Shown: piece by piece, positions 29,414 through 39,824 of the stretch
Layout of the letters: each line of letters starts with the position of its first letter
Position numbering within the stretch: the stretch's first letter is position 1
Origin: an uncultured Pseudomonadales bacterium
GTDB lineage: Bacteria > Patescibacteriota > Microgenomatia > UBA1400 > PJMF01
Direction of reading: 5' to 3'
Assembly (NCBI GenBank): GCA_964570365.1
Contig: CAZMXT010000001.1
Coordinates: forward strand, 9,440-73,439
Length of the DNA: 64,000 nucleotides
Translations under genes and position numbers: made by a program
Notes under the pieces: generated by a model
Seen by the model: the letters and a program-made list of their open reading frames with translations, nothing else
The model's database searches: none
Told to the model about the DNA's origin: nothing

Positions 29414-30550
29414 TTATGCGAGTAGCTGCTGGTAGGCAGCTAGGGTTTGCTCAACCATTTTGGACCAGCTATATTGAGCAGCAACTTTTTTTCCACTCAA
29501 GATTAACTTTTGCCTATCCAGAACAACTAAACTTTTTACAGCTTTAATTAAGGATTCTGTAGACTTTGGGTCAAAGAATATGGCAGCATCTTGGTAAATT
29601 TCTTCAAAGATCGGGATTCTAGAAGCCAAAACTGGCACACCCGAGGCCATGGCTTCTATTCCAGTCAAGCCAAATCCTTCAGAAAGAGAAGGCTGAACCA
29701 GGGCCGTCACGTTGGGAAAAACTTCCGCCAGCTCTGAGTCGCTTAAATGACCCAGGAAAAAAACCCGCCTACTTAAGCCTTTTTCGCTGACATACTTTTC
29801 CACTTCTTCCTGAAATACATTCCTACTGCCAACCAACATCAGTGTATAACCAGATAGTTGGTGGAGCGCATCAATGACTAAACGAATGTTTTTATGAGGG
29901 TAAAGAGATCCAACGTATAAGATATTTTTTCCTTTTTTCAGACCTCTCAGGGAAGCTTGAGAACGACCAACAAGGAAAATGTCAGTGTCTACGCCTTCTG
30001 GAGTCACAATAATTTTTCTCTTGGCAACTGGATATTGTTTGCCAACTGTTTTGCGAATAGTCTCAGCAGGTACTAAAACAGTTTGGGCTCGACTAATGGC
30101 TGAATTTACCGTGTACCGATATAGTCCATACTTCAGCCTATACTTCCAAGCAGGCAAGGTTGTAACGTGATTTCCTTTATACTCGTGCCACAACAAGTCG
30201 TGAATCGTAATGATCATTTTGCCGCGGTAAAAAATTGGGACATTAAAGTGTGGCACATGAAGCAAGTCAAGTTTTTTTTGACCAAAAACCCGAGGCAAAA
30301 GTAACTGTTCTTGTACTGTGTAGTGCCGAACTGGCACATACACCAGCTCAACATTTTTTTGCTTCCAACCAGAAATTTCTGCTGCTTGCTCCGCATCATG
30401 GAAAAAGTAGATCCAGTCAATCTCGGGAGCCAACGCTGGCAGCCGTGAGATCAAGTTCTCCACATACCGCCCTATTCCAGCATGACGTTGGCCAGCCAAG
30501 CGGCAATCAACTCCAATACGCTGGCGGCGCGAAGTTTTGTGAGGAGTCAC
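29414..30550 (-). CDS. GT4 glycosyltransferase (MtfB-like)
   Basis: GIGRY, TIHDL, YVGSLYPHKN, EGFGLTGIEAMASG. Confidence 0.92.
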   Translation of the reverse strand: MTPHKTSRRQRIGVDCRLAGQRHAGIGRYVENLISRLPALAPEIDWIYFFHDAEQAAEISGWKQKNVELVYVPVRHYTVQEQLLLPRVFGQKKLDLLHVPHFNVPIFYRGKMIITIHDLLWHEYKGNHVTTLPAWKYRLKYGLYRYTVNSAISRAQTVLVPAETIRKTVGKQYPVAKRKIIVTPEGVDTDIFLVGRSQASLRGLKKGKNILYVGSLYPHKNIRLVIDALHQLSGYTLMLVGSRNVFQEEVEKYVSEKGLSRRVFFLGHLSDSELAEVFPNVTALVQPSLSEGFGLTGIEAMASGVPVLASRIPIFEEIYQDAAIFFDPKSTESLIKAVKSLVVLDRQKLILSGKKVAAQYSWSKMVEQTLAAYQQLLA

Positions 30551-31024
30551 TTACTTTCGCTTTGATGCAGATTTCTTCACTTTACTGGTTTGCTTCATCT
30601 TTTCTGCCAATAAGCCAATGCTTTTTGGTGAAGTGACTTCTATCACCTCGTCGCAACCACAATCACAGCTTCCGTGGTCACTGCACTCGCAACCTTCACA
30701 GTCAGTGCAACATACTACATCCGTTGACAGAGCAGCTAACTGCTTCTCTAAGTTTCGTACTTTCAACATTCTTAAGAAATTGCCAGCCATCGAAAATAGA
30801 AAGAATCCAACTCCAATTACAAAAGAAGCTACAGGAATGTACTCAAGAACTTTTGGCGCCTCAGTCAATTGCTGGTTTGCAAAGACGTACTGAAACAACA
30901 AGTTTGGTAAAAAGACAGAAAGGAAGAGCGAAAATATAAAGACTGCAACAGACTCTACTGCGTAAATCATCTTTTCTTGACGAAGTTGCTCAATTTGAAA
31001 TTGAAGTGATGTGCGATTGGTCAT
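30551..31024 (-). CDS. Hypothetical 2-TM membrane protein with a Cys-rich tail
   Basis: Two hydrophobic helices, CCTDCEGCECSDHGSCDCGC, Lys-rich end; tightly coupled to both neighbours. Confidence 0.75.
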   Translation of the reverse strand: MTNRTSLQFQIEQLRQEKMIYAVESVAVFIFSLFLSVFLPNLLFQYVFANQQLTEAPKVLEYIPVASFVIGVGFFLFSMAGNFLRMLKVRNLEKQLAALSTDVVCCTDCEGCECSDHGSCDCGCDEVIEVTSPKSIGLLAEKMKQTSKVKKSASKRK

Positions 31025-31896
31025 ATGGACCCTCCCTTTGTTTTTAAGTGAACAAATAATTTTATTCCCTGCCGAAGCAGTTCTGGATACTTTGTTCGAT
31101 AATACTTATCATAGTATTGTAGCATCGTCAGGTAAAAATAACGGGAAGTTTTTTCCGCAGTTTTTTGATCCCCACTTGCCATTCCAGACTGATACTTATG
31201 GTGAAGAATTTTTACTGCTGGAAAGAAAATAACTGAGTAGCCTTTTTCTCGAAATCTCCTGCACCAATCAAGATCTTCTGCATACATAAAAAAAGACTCA
31301 TCTAAGTATCCCACCTCTTTCATCGCACTACTTCTGACTACCATGGCAGCACCACTACAAGCATCTATCGCATGAGTTTGAGTTATGTCTTGATACGTTT
31401 GGTGGTATTGAGCCAAGAATTTACTTTTAGGCAGTGATTTGGCTAAACCACTAAAGTAGCAAAAAGAAGCCCAAGGAGTAGGCTCTCCTCGGTGACTCGC
31501 CGGATCAAGCTCACCAGTATTCAGCTCCAAACGAGGGGTTAGTACAGCAACTTGAGAATTTTTATCTAAGTACTCAATTACTATATCTAACTGAGAATCA
31601 GCAGTGAACTCGGTATCAGAGTTTAGTAGCATCACATACCGGCTCTCAGCCTGTCTCAGTGCCAGATTATTGCCATCAGCGAAACCATTGTTCTGTTTTG
31701 CTTCAATAATCTTCACCCATGGAAACGCTTTTTTTATGCTGTGGACTGAATCGTCTGTGCTGGCATTATCGACCATGATGACTTCCACTTTGTACGCTGT
31801 GGAACTAAGATAATTCTTTTGAATAGATTGCAGCAGTTGCAGCATCAACACTCGGGTGTTGTAGTTCAAGATAACTATGCTTAAGTCTAGCTTCAT
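31021..31896 (-). CDS. GT2 glycosyltransferase (WbbL-like)
   Basis: SIVILNYN, VDNASTD, NGFADGNN, LLNSD, FFMYAEDLDWC. Confidence 0.92.
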   Translation of the reverse strand: MKLDLSIVILNYNTRVLMLQLLQSIQKNYLSSTAYKVEVIMVDNASTDDSVHSIKKAFPWVKIIEAKQNNGFADGNNLALRQAESRYVMLLNSDTEFTADSQLDIVIEYLDKNSQVAVLTPRLELNTGELDPASHRGEPTPWASFCYFSGLAKSLPKSKFLAQYHQTYQDITQTHAIDACSGAAMVVRSSAMKEVGYLDESFFMYAEDLDWCRRFREKGYSVIFFPAVKILHHKYQSGMASGDQKTAEKTSRYFYLTMLQYYDKYYRTKYPELLRQGIKLFVHLKTKGGSI

Positions 31897-31897
31897 A

Positions 31898-33112
31898 TTA
31901 GGGAGTATTTTTCTTAGCTTGGATTGCTAGATCATCGTAAATGCTGTCCAGCTTCTCAGCAATCAGACCCCAGTCGTATTGAGTTTTGACAAATTTTTTA
32001 CCTTTTTCAGCCAGTCGTTCTTGAAGCTGAGGGTCTAGCAATACTTCTACCACCAACTCTGCAATCTCTTCAGCAGTATTCCCAATCAATACTTCTTTGG
32101 CATGCTGCACCCCCAGCCCTTCTACTGCCAGCTGCGAAGCAACAATCGGTGTCCCTGAAGCCATCGCCTCCAGAATTTTATATCGAGTTCCTTTCCCACT
32201 AAACACGGGAGCTACTAAGACATGTGCATTGGTAAAGGCATCGCGAATATCGGGGATGCCCCCGGTAATCGTAATTGAAGTATCCTTTTTTTGAAAGTTA
32301 AAGATCTCTGAAGTAGGAGCATTTCCGACAATCCAAAGCTTCGTTTGGGGTAATTTTTGTTTAACAATTGGCCAAACTTTCTCAACTAAGAACTTGACTG
32401 CTTCTACATTGGGCAACCAGTTAAATGTGCCAACCGATAGAATCGTCAAATCAGCTGGAACTTTGCGCTTCTTTTCTTCAAACCAGCCCACATCTACACC
32501 GTTTGAGACAACCGCAATTTTCTGCGGATCCTGGACTGTTTGATTAATATACTCTTTATCCTCTTGGCTCATCGTAATCAGCTTGGTACAACTTCTCCAG
32601 TAATACTCTTCCCATTGTCGGATCTTGCGAATGTCCAACTTTAACAACCAACGAATAGGTGCCAACTTTACTTTGTCGGTGTAGCTTTCATATCCGAGAT
32701 ACTCAATCGTCTGCTCTACCAAGATAATCGGAATTTCAGTCTTAGGAATGTTGGGCATCATGTAAAATGTTTCGGCATGAATCAAGTCATACTTGGTACT
32801 CTTTAATTCTTTTTCGACTGCCCGAATTGTTTCTGGAACGTGATTCCGAATAACCAAAAAGGGGAATGAGGAAAAGCCTGTTTGAAGAATATTTCTCAAA
32901 GTAAAAGGCTTTTTAGAACGTTTGAAAACCCTCACTTTGGCACAGTATTTTTCCAGCTCGGAAATATGCTGCCTCTCACTTTCTTCTTTAATTAAAGCAA
33001 AGAGGGTCACTTCATATTTTTGCGCCAACTTTTTTAGCAAGTTGTAGGTCCGAATTTGCCCCCCAGAAAGCAAGGGATACGGTAGATACGGCGTCAGCAT
33101 TAAAATTTTCAT
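31898..33112 (-). CDS. GT4 glycosyltransferase
   Basis: PYPLLSGGQIR, NGVD, WLPNVEA, GTRYKILEAMASG. Confidence 0.92.
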   Translation of the reverse strand: MKILMLTPYLPYPLLSGGQIRTYNLLKKLAQKYEVTLFALIKEESERQHISELEKYCAKVRVFKRSKKPFTLRNILQTGFSSFPFLVIRNHVPETIRAVEKELKSTKYDLIHAETFYMMPNIPKTEIPIILVEQTIEYLGYESYTDKVKLAPIRWLLKLDIRKIRQWEEYYWRSCTKLITMSQEDKEYINQTVQDPQKIAVVSNGVDVGWFEEKKRKVPADLTILSVGTFNWLPNVEAVKFLVEKVWPIVKQKLPQTKLWIVGNAPTSEIFNFQKKDTSITITGGIPDIRDAFTNAHVLVAPVFSGKGTRYKILEAMASGTPIVASQLAVEGLGVQHAKEVLIGNTAEEIAELVVEVLLDPQLQERLAEKGKKFVKTQYDWGLIAEKLDSIYDDLAIQAKKNTP

Positions 33113-33133
33113 AATTGAGAAATTTTAGCAGCT

Positions 33134-34582
33134 CTACTGCAGTTTTATAATGATGTGGTTACTCGTTTTTTCTAAAACTTGATACTTCTTTTCTAACTCT
33201 CGCGCTTCGTCATCATAGGCTGTGCTAACGTAGTACTCAGCACCCTTAGCGATTTTGTCCTCTATATCAAAACCTATGGGCCAACCAGTCCGATTCGTTT
33301 GAAAAAGAAATGCAGTGTCCCCAAATGCCGGTGCAATCACTTTTGCATCTAGAGGAAGTAGCTGATCAACAGCCTGACCAGCAGTTTCCCAATCAAGTCT
33401 AGTTCCATAGTACCCACGAACCTGGCGATCACTGAACCAGACCATAACTCCAACAAAAAAAATGATGAGCGAGAGACTGGTGACCACTCCTTTTTGTCCC
33501 CACTTCAAGCCTTGCTGATAGGTCAACCAAACTCCCCTGCCAATACTTAAACAAATGATGGGTAAGACAAACACCTGATAGTAATCGTGCCGCACATTTC
33601 CGGTGGCAATCACGATAAAGTAGGCCAAAATACCGAGCCACCAACTCAGATACGGAATCCACTCTTTAGCCTTGACGATCCAATCAGCCCGAGATTTAAA
33701 AGTAAGCGGTGGAAGCAAACCCATTGCTAATAACTCCAACCCAGTGACTCCCAAAATTAGCTTGGTCAACCTTTCCCAAATTAGCCAACGAAACCAAGCA
33801 GGCCGCAAACGAATTCCATCCCCATTAAATAACCAGTCTGAGGCCGGAATTCCAGACGGGAACTGCAAGATCCAGTGACGCCAAGCGTATAAAGGTACGA
33901 CAGCCAAAACACCAAACAATACCAGCTCGATATGCTTAATAGACCTCCAGCCAAACTCTCGAAGCGTCATCACTGCAAAGACTGGCACTAAAAAAAGTCC
34001 AAATGGCTTCAACAGTAACGCCAGTGACATGGTGATTAAAGACAGCAAGTAGTACGCCCAACTTCTCTTCCGCAACCAAACTTGAAAAAATGCCACAGAC
34101 GCCGTAATAAAACAGAGAAAAGCTGGCTCTGGTAGAACTACGCGTGAGTAAAAAATTGAGTACGGCAAAATGGCAAACGCTAAAGCAGCGAGTAAACCCA
34201 CTGCCTCACCCGACCACTCTTTCCCAATCCAGTAAATAGCCAGCAAAGTTCCTAATGAGAAGAGTACGGAGACCAAGCGAGAAAATACAACCAGATCAAG
34301 GAAAGGCAGTGCTCTTACTGCGTAAGCAATCACCCCATTGATCAGCGGAAACTCCACCATCCGATAGCCTGCTAAGTTATCTTTCCCTGACTGAATATTC
34401 GACAGATCATGGTAGTGAGGATGCAGGAAATCCACGCCATGCTTGACATACTCACGGGTCACTGACGCAGTGTCTGCCTGCCGAAATGCATGCCAATCAG
34501 TGGCAGAATTTTGGAGACCACGAGTGCGCAGAGCAATGGCCAGGAGGAAAATAAGGGCTAAAAAAGCGACCTTCATCTTCAT
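33134..34582 (-). CDS. GT-C fold membrane glycosyltransferase (ArnT/PMT_2-like)
   Basis: Multi-pass membrane protein with WHAFRQADT loop, EFP, YSRVVLPE and HDYYQ. Confidence 0.8.
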   Translation of the reverse strand: MKMKVAFLALIFLLAIALRTRGLQNSATDWHAFRQADTASVTREYVKHGVDFLHPHYHDLSNIQSGKDNLAGYRMVEFPLINGVIAYAVRALPFLDLVVFSRLVSVLFSLGTLLAIYWIGKEWSGEAVGLLAALAFAILPYSIFYSRVVLPEPAFLCFITASVAFFQVWLRKRSWAYYLLSLITMSLALLLKPFGLFLVPVFAVMTLREFGWRSIKHIELVLFGVLAVVPLYAWRHWILQFPSGIPASDWLFNGDGIRLRPAWFRWLIWERLTKLILGVTGLELLAMGLLPPLTFKSRADWIVKAKEWIPYLSWWLGILAYFIVIATGNVRHDYYQVFVLPIICLSIGRGVWLTYQQGLKWGQKGVVTSLSLIIFFVGVMVWFSDRQVRGYYGTRLDWETAGQAVDQLLPLDAKVIAPAFGDTAFLFQTNRTGWPIGFDIEDKIAKGAEYYVSTAYDDEARELEKKYQVLEKTSNHIIIKLQ

Positions 34583-36357
34583 TTGGTCTTTTTTCTGGGC
34601 TGTGGTACATCAAGGGACGTCTTTACCTCTCTCACCCCAGTTCCCTTTTTCTGCTGATCTAATGCAAGGTAGCCAAAGAATACCCCAGCCAAAGCCCAGT
34701 ACGTTTGCGCCACCTTTGAAGCTGCAAAGACATCGATATAGACTGCATTCAAGAGTAACCCAATGCTGCCACAGAACATACCAACACTAAATGCGCTGCA
34801 CAACCAATCTTTGCTCGTAATATTGCGTACTGCAAAGAATAAGATCAGCACTACTGCTCCGTAGAAACTCACAAATCCTAGGATTCCTGTTTCCCCCAAA
34901 GTTCTTAAGAAGTTATTGTCTGTACTATCAGCCTCTGTAAATTGCTCAATACTTTCTTTGGTTAAAGTGGCGTAACCGCTCCCTGTAATAGGATTAGTTA
35001 AGAAGCCTTCCATTGCCCGAGGCCAGAGCGTTTCTTGTCTGATGCAGAGTGATAACTCTTTTTTCAATGCACACTCTGAGTAGACACGCTTGCGTTTCTG
35101 TTGGATCATCACTGTCTCCCCCGTCGCAGACACAGTTGCAACTTCAATTAGATCTGGCACATCTACATAGACACCAGCTGGTAAGACACTTGGAGCAGGT
35201 GTGGGTTTGGGTGGTGCGGTTGGATTAATTGGACTGGGAGGTTGGTCACTTTTACTGGCCACTTCCTGGGCTGCTGCAGCGGCTGCCGCAACGTCATCAG
35301 TTGAGATGCCAGTCTGGGGAGGGCGACTTTTTGGCAATGCTGCGTTCAACTCTTCTGTGGTGGGCAACATTGAGAGCCATGAGTCAGGCAAGATCATTTT
35401 CCGTTGAGAATCAAACTCAGTGATAATTTGATTAGTGATGGGATTACTCTTGGCCACAAAGCTTAAGCGCTCAATCATGTCTGCCCCAAAGTAATAGAAA
35501 ATGAACGTCAACATCACCATCAGGAGTACGGTACGCGTCACTACAAAACGGATTCGCTCTAGCCAATTCTTTTGAAGTAGACCCGTTATACCAATCACCA
35601 GTAGCACTGCCGCAAAGTAGGCTGCAAACGGGGTCCTGGAAGCACTCAGAATCAGCAACCACGTGCCAACCCAGAAAATAAGGTGGAGGACCAAGCTCAC
35701 TCTGCGGCGCTTTACCCGGTAAGCAAGTGCCAAAATTAGGGGCAAAGTAATCACTAAAAAGGCAGACATGTCATAGTGTCCAGCAAAAGTGGACTGCACT
35801 CTGGCGTGTTCAGTTAAATAGAGACGAATTCCTTTGCTAAACTCACGATTCATCGTGGAGTACACCGGCCAGAAATAATAACGTTGTCCATACCCGTATA
35901 AAGAAACTGCCAAGACCGTAAAGCTAAAGATCCCCAAAGCCAGCACCACCTGACTGCGTTTCTTAATCGCAGAAAACAAAATAAAGAAAAGTGAAAAGTA
36001 CTCTAAGTAGCGGAAGTAATGAAGAAAAGTCTTTCCCACATGCAGTGGCTCGAGAGGTACTGTCTTAATCACAAACATTGCCACTAAACTGGAAACCAAG
36101 CCCACCACTCCGTAGGCAGCAACCACCCAAAACATGGGCGAGCGCCAGGCTACTTTGCGACGAAGCACTTGCACCAGCCAGATTCCTACAGCCAGTAAAA
36201 TAAAAATATCCTCTAAACGGACTCTGACAATATACTGTTCAATTGGACTCCAAAGGGGAATTTTGGGGTACAGCGGAACAAAAGCAAGCAAAAAAGTACC
36301 TAATAGGATTAAGATATTCTCGTCCAACCAGGTAAGGAATCGGGAGAAAGATTTCAT
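34579..36357 (-). CDS. O-antigen ligase/Wzy_C family membrane protein
   Basis: About 12 TMs; RVQSTFAGH, SASR, NPITGSGY, TDNNFLRTLGETGILG. Confidence 0.82.
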   Translation of the reverse strand: MKSFSRFLTWLDENILILLGTFLLAFVPLYPKIPLWSPIEQYIVRVRLEDIFILLAVGIWLVQVLRRKVAWRSPMFWVVAAYGVVGLVSSLVAMFVIKTVPLEPLHVGKTFLHYFRYLEYFSLFFILFSAIKKRSQVVLALGIFSFTVLAVSLYGYGQRYYFWPVYSTMNREFSKGIRLYLTEHARVQSTFAGHYDMSAFLVITLPLILALAYRVKRRRVSLVLHLIFWVGTWLLILSASRTPFAAYFAAVLLVIGITGLLQKNWLERIRFVVTRTVLLMVMLTFIFYYFGADMIERLSFVAKSNPITNQIITEFDSQRKMILPDSWLSMLPTTEELNAALPKSRPPQTGISTDDVAAAAAAAQEVASKSDQPPSPINPTAPPKPTPAPSVLPAGVYVDVPDLIEVATVSATGETVMIQQKRKRVYSECALKKELSLCIRQETLWPRAMEGFLTNPITGSGYATLTKESIEQFTEADSTDNNFLRTLGETGILGFVSFYGAVVLILFFAVRNITSKDWLCSAFSVGMFCGSIGLLLNAVYIDVFAASKVAQTYWALAGVFFGYLALDQQKKGTGVREVKTSLDVPQPRKKTK

Positions 36358-36358
36358 A

Positions 36359-37336
36359 TTAAATACTTTTCAGTAAGTGACGATATGGCTCAGCTCTTTT
36401 CGCATCTCGGAATATTGTACCAAATAAGAGGACACGAAGTAATGCTCCAGCTCGTAAGATCACTTTAACCAGTGGCCTTTGCCAGAGTGGTTTATGCTTT
36501 GCCCAGATATATACGTATCCTTTGAACTCATTAATAATCGCATTGGCAGAAGATGAACTAGCACTTTTCAAGTGAATCACTGCTGAGCTGGGGTCAATTG
36601 CCACGTCCCAGTGATGATCTTTAGCTCGCATACAAAACTCAATATCCTCTCCATACATAAAGATATTTTCATCGAGAAACCCAATTTCACCCAACATCAG
36701 ACGCCGAATCATAACTGCGGTAGCTCCCACCCAATCACTTTGAATTAGCAGTCGATCATTGCCTCTGCTAATAGCGTGGCGGCCAGTGTGCTGAGTTGCT
36801 GGTAGCCAACTTAGACCTGGCAGGTCATCAAGCAAGCTCATATGAATCGAAAGCGATAACAAAGTTGGAAAAGAACCGCCTTGTGGCTGGGGTGACTTAT
36901 CCGGGTTCAGTAATGAGGCTGCTAGGATGCCGAGTCTGTCGAGCTGGCCTTTGGCCGATTCCAAATTAGCCGTCACTTCATTCACAGGATTGGCTTGAAA
37001 GCTTTTTACTAAGTTAGTCAATGAATTAGGCTGAACAATTGTGTCTGAGTTCAGCAGCAAAATATACTCGCCGTCAGATTTCTTGATTGCTTTATTGTTG
37101 GCTTTTGCAAACCCAACATTCTCAGCATTTTGCAGAAAGTGAAGTAAAGGTGAGTGCTTTTTTTCCAGCTCCTGGATCATTTCCGCTGACCCATCACTTG
37201 AATCGTTATCCACTACCCAAATGTCAGTCTGCCCTTTAAGCAATGCTGAACTCTCGATTTCTGCGAACACTGAGCGTAAAGTTTGCTCAGTCAAAACTTT
37301 GGTGTTGTAGGAAATGACGACAATGGATAGAAGCAT
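36359..37336 (-). CDS. GT2 glycosyltransferase
   Basis: SIVVISYN, VDNDSSDGS, NVGFAKANN, LLNSD, FMYGEDIEFC. Confidence 0.92.
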   Translation of the reverse strand: MLLSIVVISYNTKVLTEQTLRSVFAEIESSALLKGQTDIWVVDNDSSDGSAEMIQELEKKHSPLLHFLQNAENVGFAKANNKAIKKSDGEYILLLNSDTIVQPNSLTNLVKSFQANPVNEVTANLESAKGQLDRLGILAASLLNPDKSPQPQGGSFPTLLSLSIHMSLLDDLPGLSWLPATQHTGRHAISRGNDRLLIQSDWVGATAVMIRRLMLGEIGFLDENIFMYGEDIEFCMRAKDHHWDVAIDPSSAVIHLKSASSSSANAIINEFKGYVYIWAKHKPLWQRPLVKVILRAGALLRVLLFGTIFRDAKRAEPYRHLLKSI

Positions 37337-37339
37337 AAA

Positions 37340-37948
37340 TTATTGAAACCAGCGTGCTCGACCTAACACGTAGTTTAGTTCGGCAACTTGTCGTTTGCCA
37401 ATTTCTTTGGCAGGAACTCCGCCCACAATGGTTAATGGTTCAACATCTTTAGTTACTACCGCTCCTGCACCTACCACAGCCCCTTTCCCAATTTTCACTC
37501 CCGGCAGAATAATCGCATTGGGTCCAATAAAAACATAGTCTTCAATAGTATTTTTGAGCTCAATCGGGCCAAAAGTCGGATCATGAATATCATGGTGAGA
37601 GTTAAAAATCATGGCACCAGTAGCAATATCGACGTGATTGCCAATAGTTAAAGTATCTCGACCATCCAAAACCACTCGCTCACCAATCAGAGTGTCTTCT
37701 CCAATAGAAATATTGCGGGGGTCATACACACGAGCTCGCATATGCAGAGTAGAATTTTTGCCAATCTTCATTCCAGCTAAACGGTAAAAAAAGCGGCGAA
37801 AGTGGTGAAAGGGCATTTCACCTACTCCCCACCAGAGAAAGCCAGTCACAAACTCTAACCAAATAGCGGCCAGTCGTCGCTCTAGCTTGCCCATTGCAGC
37901 TTCAGTTGTGAGGGTTGCACCGTACTTGTCTTTGAGTCCAATAGCCAT
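37340..37948 (-). CDS. Hexapeptide-repeat (LbH) O-acetyltransferase
   Basis: IEDYVFIGPNAIILPGVKIGKGAVVGAGAVVTKDV, VGGVPAK. Start refined to ATG 37948. Confidence 0.9.
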   Translation of the reverse strand: MAIGLKDKYGATLTTEAAMGKLERRLAAIWLEFVTGFLWWGVGEMPFHHFRRFFYRLAGMKIGKNSTLHMRARVYDPRNISIGEDTLIGERVVLDGRDTLTIGNHVDIATGAMIFNSHHDIHDPTFGPIELKNTIEDYVFIGPNAIILPGVKIGKGAVVGAGAVVTKDVEPLTIVGGVPAKEIGKRQVAELNYVLGRARWFQ

Positions 37949-38156
37949 ATTTTCAGTATAGCAGAACTTCATAGTTTAATTGAAAAATGCTCTTTTACAA
38001 TAATTACTAGATCAATATCACTCCTTTTAGGATCGAAGTCTCTACATAATGGAGAACCAAAAAGATAGATACCCAGCAGCTCCTCATCAAGAATTTTAGT
38101 AACTCCGTTTTTTAGATCACTAAGAAGCTAGTTAATGTCTGCAAAGGGAGTGAGCT

Positions 38157-39173
38157 TCATAAAAAAAGTACGTCTTGCTCGGGCACTGGCAGACCCAAGT
38201 GCTGATAGGCTAATACAGAGATAACTCGTCCTTTGGGAGTGCGTTTAATAAAACCCATCTGGATCAAGTACGGCTCCAAGACTTCTTCGATGGTGCCAGG
38301 ATCTTCACTTAAAGTTGCTGCAATCGTAGTTAGGCCGACTGGTCCACCTTGGTGCTTTTCAATAATCAGTTGGAGGAAACGGCGATCTGCATCATCGAGA
38401 CCTGCATCATCAACTGCCATCAGTACGAGTGCTTGCTTGACGGTCTCCAGGTTAATCTTCCCCGCTGCTCTCACCTGAGTGAAATCTCTGACCCGCTTGA
38501 GCAGCTTTAGGGCAATGCGAGGCGTGCCTCGGGCACGCCGAGCAATCTCATGAGCGCTGGGTTGATCTAGCTCGAGTCCTAATTTTTCGGCAGCTTTAAA
38601 CAGAATTATCTCCAGCTGGGGCGCCTGATAGTACTGCATTCGATGAATCACTCCAAAGCGATCTCGAAATGGTCCAGTTAATGCCCCGAACCGAGTGGTG
38701 GCCCCAACCAAAGTAAATCTCGGCAAGTCTAGACGAATGGTCCTCGCCGATGGCCCCTTGCCAATTACAATGTCTAGTGCAAAGTCTTCCATGGCTGGAT
38801 AAAGAGTTTCTTCAACTGCACTGGGTAAGCGATGGATCTCGTCAATAAAAAGCACATCACCAGGCTGAAGGTTGGTCAGAATTGCCGCCAAGTCGCCAGT
38901 TTTCGCCAGCGCCGTACCCGAAGTCACTTTAATATTTGTACCCATCTCTTTGGCAATTAAGTGGGAGAGCGTCGTCTTTCCCAATCCTGGCGGTCCGTAC
39001 AACAGGACGTGATCAATCACGTCGCTTCGTTCTTTGGCAGCCTGAATCAAAATACGCAGTGATTCTTTGACATTCTCTTGACCATGAAACTCATTCCAAT
39101 TTGCAGCTCGTAGGGAACTAAAAAGTGCCTCTTCTTCGGGAGCATCTGGAGCAATGAAAGAAAAATCAGTCAT
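38157..39173 (-). CDS. ruvB: Holliday junction branch migration ATPase RuvB
   Basis: [47 protein letters not shown]. Confidence 0.98.
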   Translation of the reverse strand: MTDFSFIAPDAPEEEALFSSLRAANWNEFHGQENVKESLRILIQAAKERSDVIDHVLLYGPPGLGKTTLSHLIAKEMGTNIKVTSGTALAKTGDLAAILTNLQPGDVLFIDEIHRLPSAVEETLYPAMEDFALDIVIGKGPSARTIRLDLPRFTLVGATTRFGALTGPFRDRFGVIHRMQYYQAPQLEIILFKAAEKLGLELDQPSAHEIARRARGTPRIALKLLKRVRDFTQVRAAGKINLETVKQALVLMAVDDAGLDDADRRFLQLIIEKHQGGPVGLTTIAATLSEDPGTIEEVLEPYLIQMGFIKRTPKGRVISVLAYQHLGLPVPEQDVLFL

Positions 39174-39183
39174 ATATGGCTAT

Positions 39184-39753
39184 CTACTTCTTTCCTAGCT
39201 CTCGAATTGCAAGTGTGATCGCTTCAGAAATCGTCAACTTTTCGACCGGCACTTGGTTCATGACTTGGTGAATTGAGCTATCTGCAAACCCCAAACTTTG
39301 GAGGGCTTCAAAGACAGCTTGTCTATCTGGGGTAAGTGGTGTCAGGTCTAACTCTTTTAAGGCACCCAGTTGAGTCCGTAAATCAATAATAATTTTTTGC
39401 GCCAACTTCTTCCCTACTCTAGGTACGCTGGTGAAAAGAGCCGTATCTGCTTGCTGGACAGCTTCAATAATCTGACTGGTGGGGAAGTTTAAGATTCCCA
39501 ACGCTGTCTTTGGACCAATCCCAGAAACACTGAGTAAAAGCAAAAATAACTCTCGCTCTGATTTTTCTCGAAAGCCATACAGCTCTAGGGCTTCTTCTTT
39601 AACATGGGTGTAAATATACAACTCCACCTCAGACAGCTCTAGTAAACTGCTGAGGGTCTTGGCAGTCGCCCGCACCCCATACCCAACTCCATGCGTCAGA
39701 ATAGTGACGGAGTCTTTTTCTAAAAGTGGTTTTCCAATTAAGTAAGAAATCAT
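39184..39753 (-). CDS. ruvA: Holliday junction branch migration protein RuvA
   Basis: MISYLIG, GVGY, LYGF, VSGIGPKTAL, VPRVGKKLAQKI. Start refined to ATG 39753. Confidence 0.96.
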   Translation of the reverse strand: MISYLIGKPLLEKDSVTILTHGVGYGVRATAKTLSSLLELSEVELYIYTHVKEEALELYGFREKSERELFLLLLSVSGIGPKTALGILNFPTSQIIEAVQQADTALFTSVPRVGKKLAQKIIIDLRTQLGALKELDLTPLTPDRQAVFEALQSLGFADSSIHQVMNQVPVEKLTISEAITLAIRELGKK

Positions 39754-39824
39754 ATTTTTACTATACACAAATCCGTACAAAAGGCAAAACCCGAACTCTA
39801 GTCTTTTTGGCGTAAGTAGCTGAT

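Noticed and set aside
37973-38156. Intergenic gap with a short plus-strand frame (MENQKDRYPAAPHQEF*)
   Set aside because: It is too short, and I saw no convincing RNA structure or repeat; it is probably promoter spacer or a decayed remnant.
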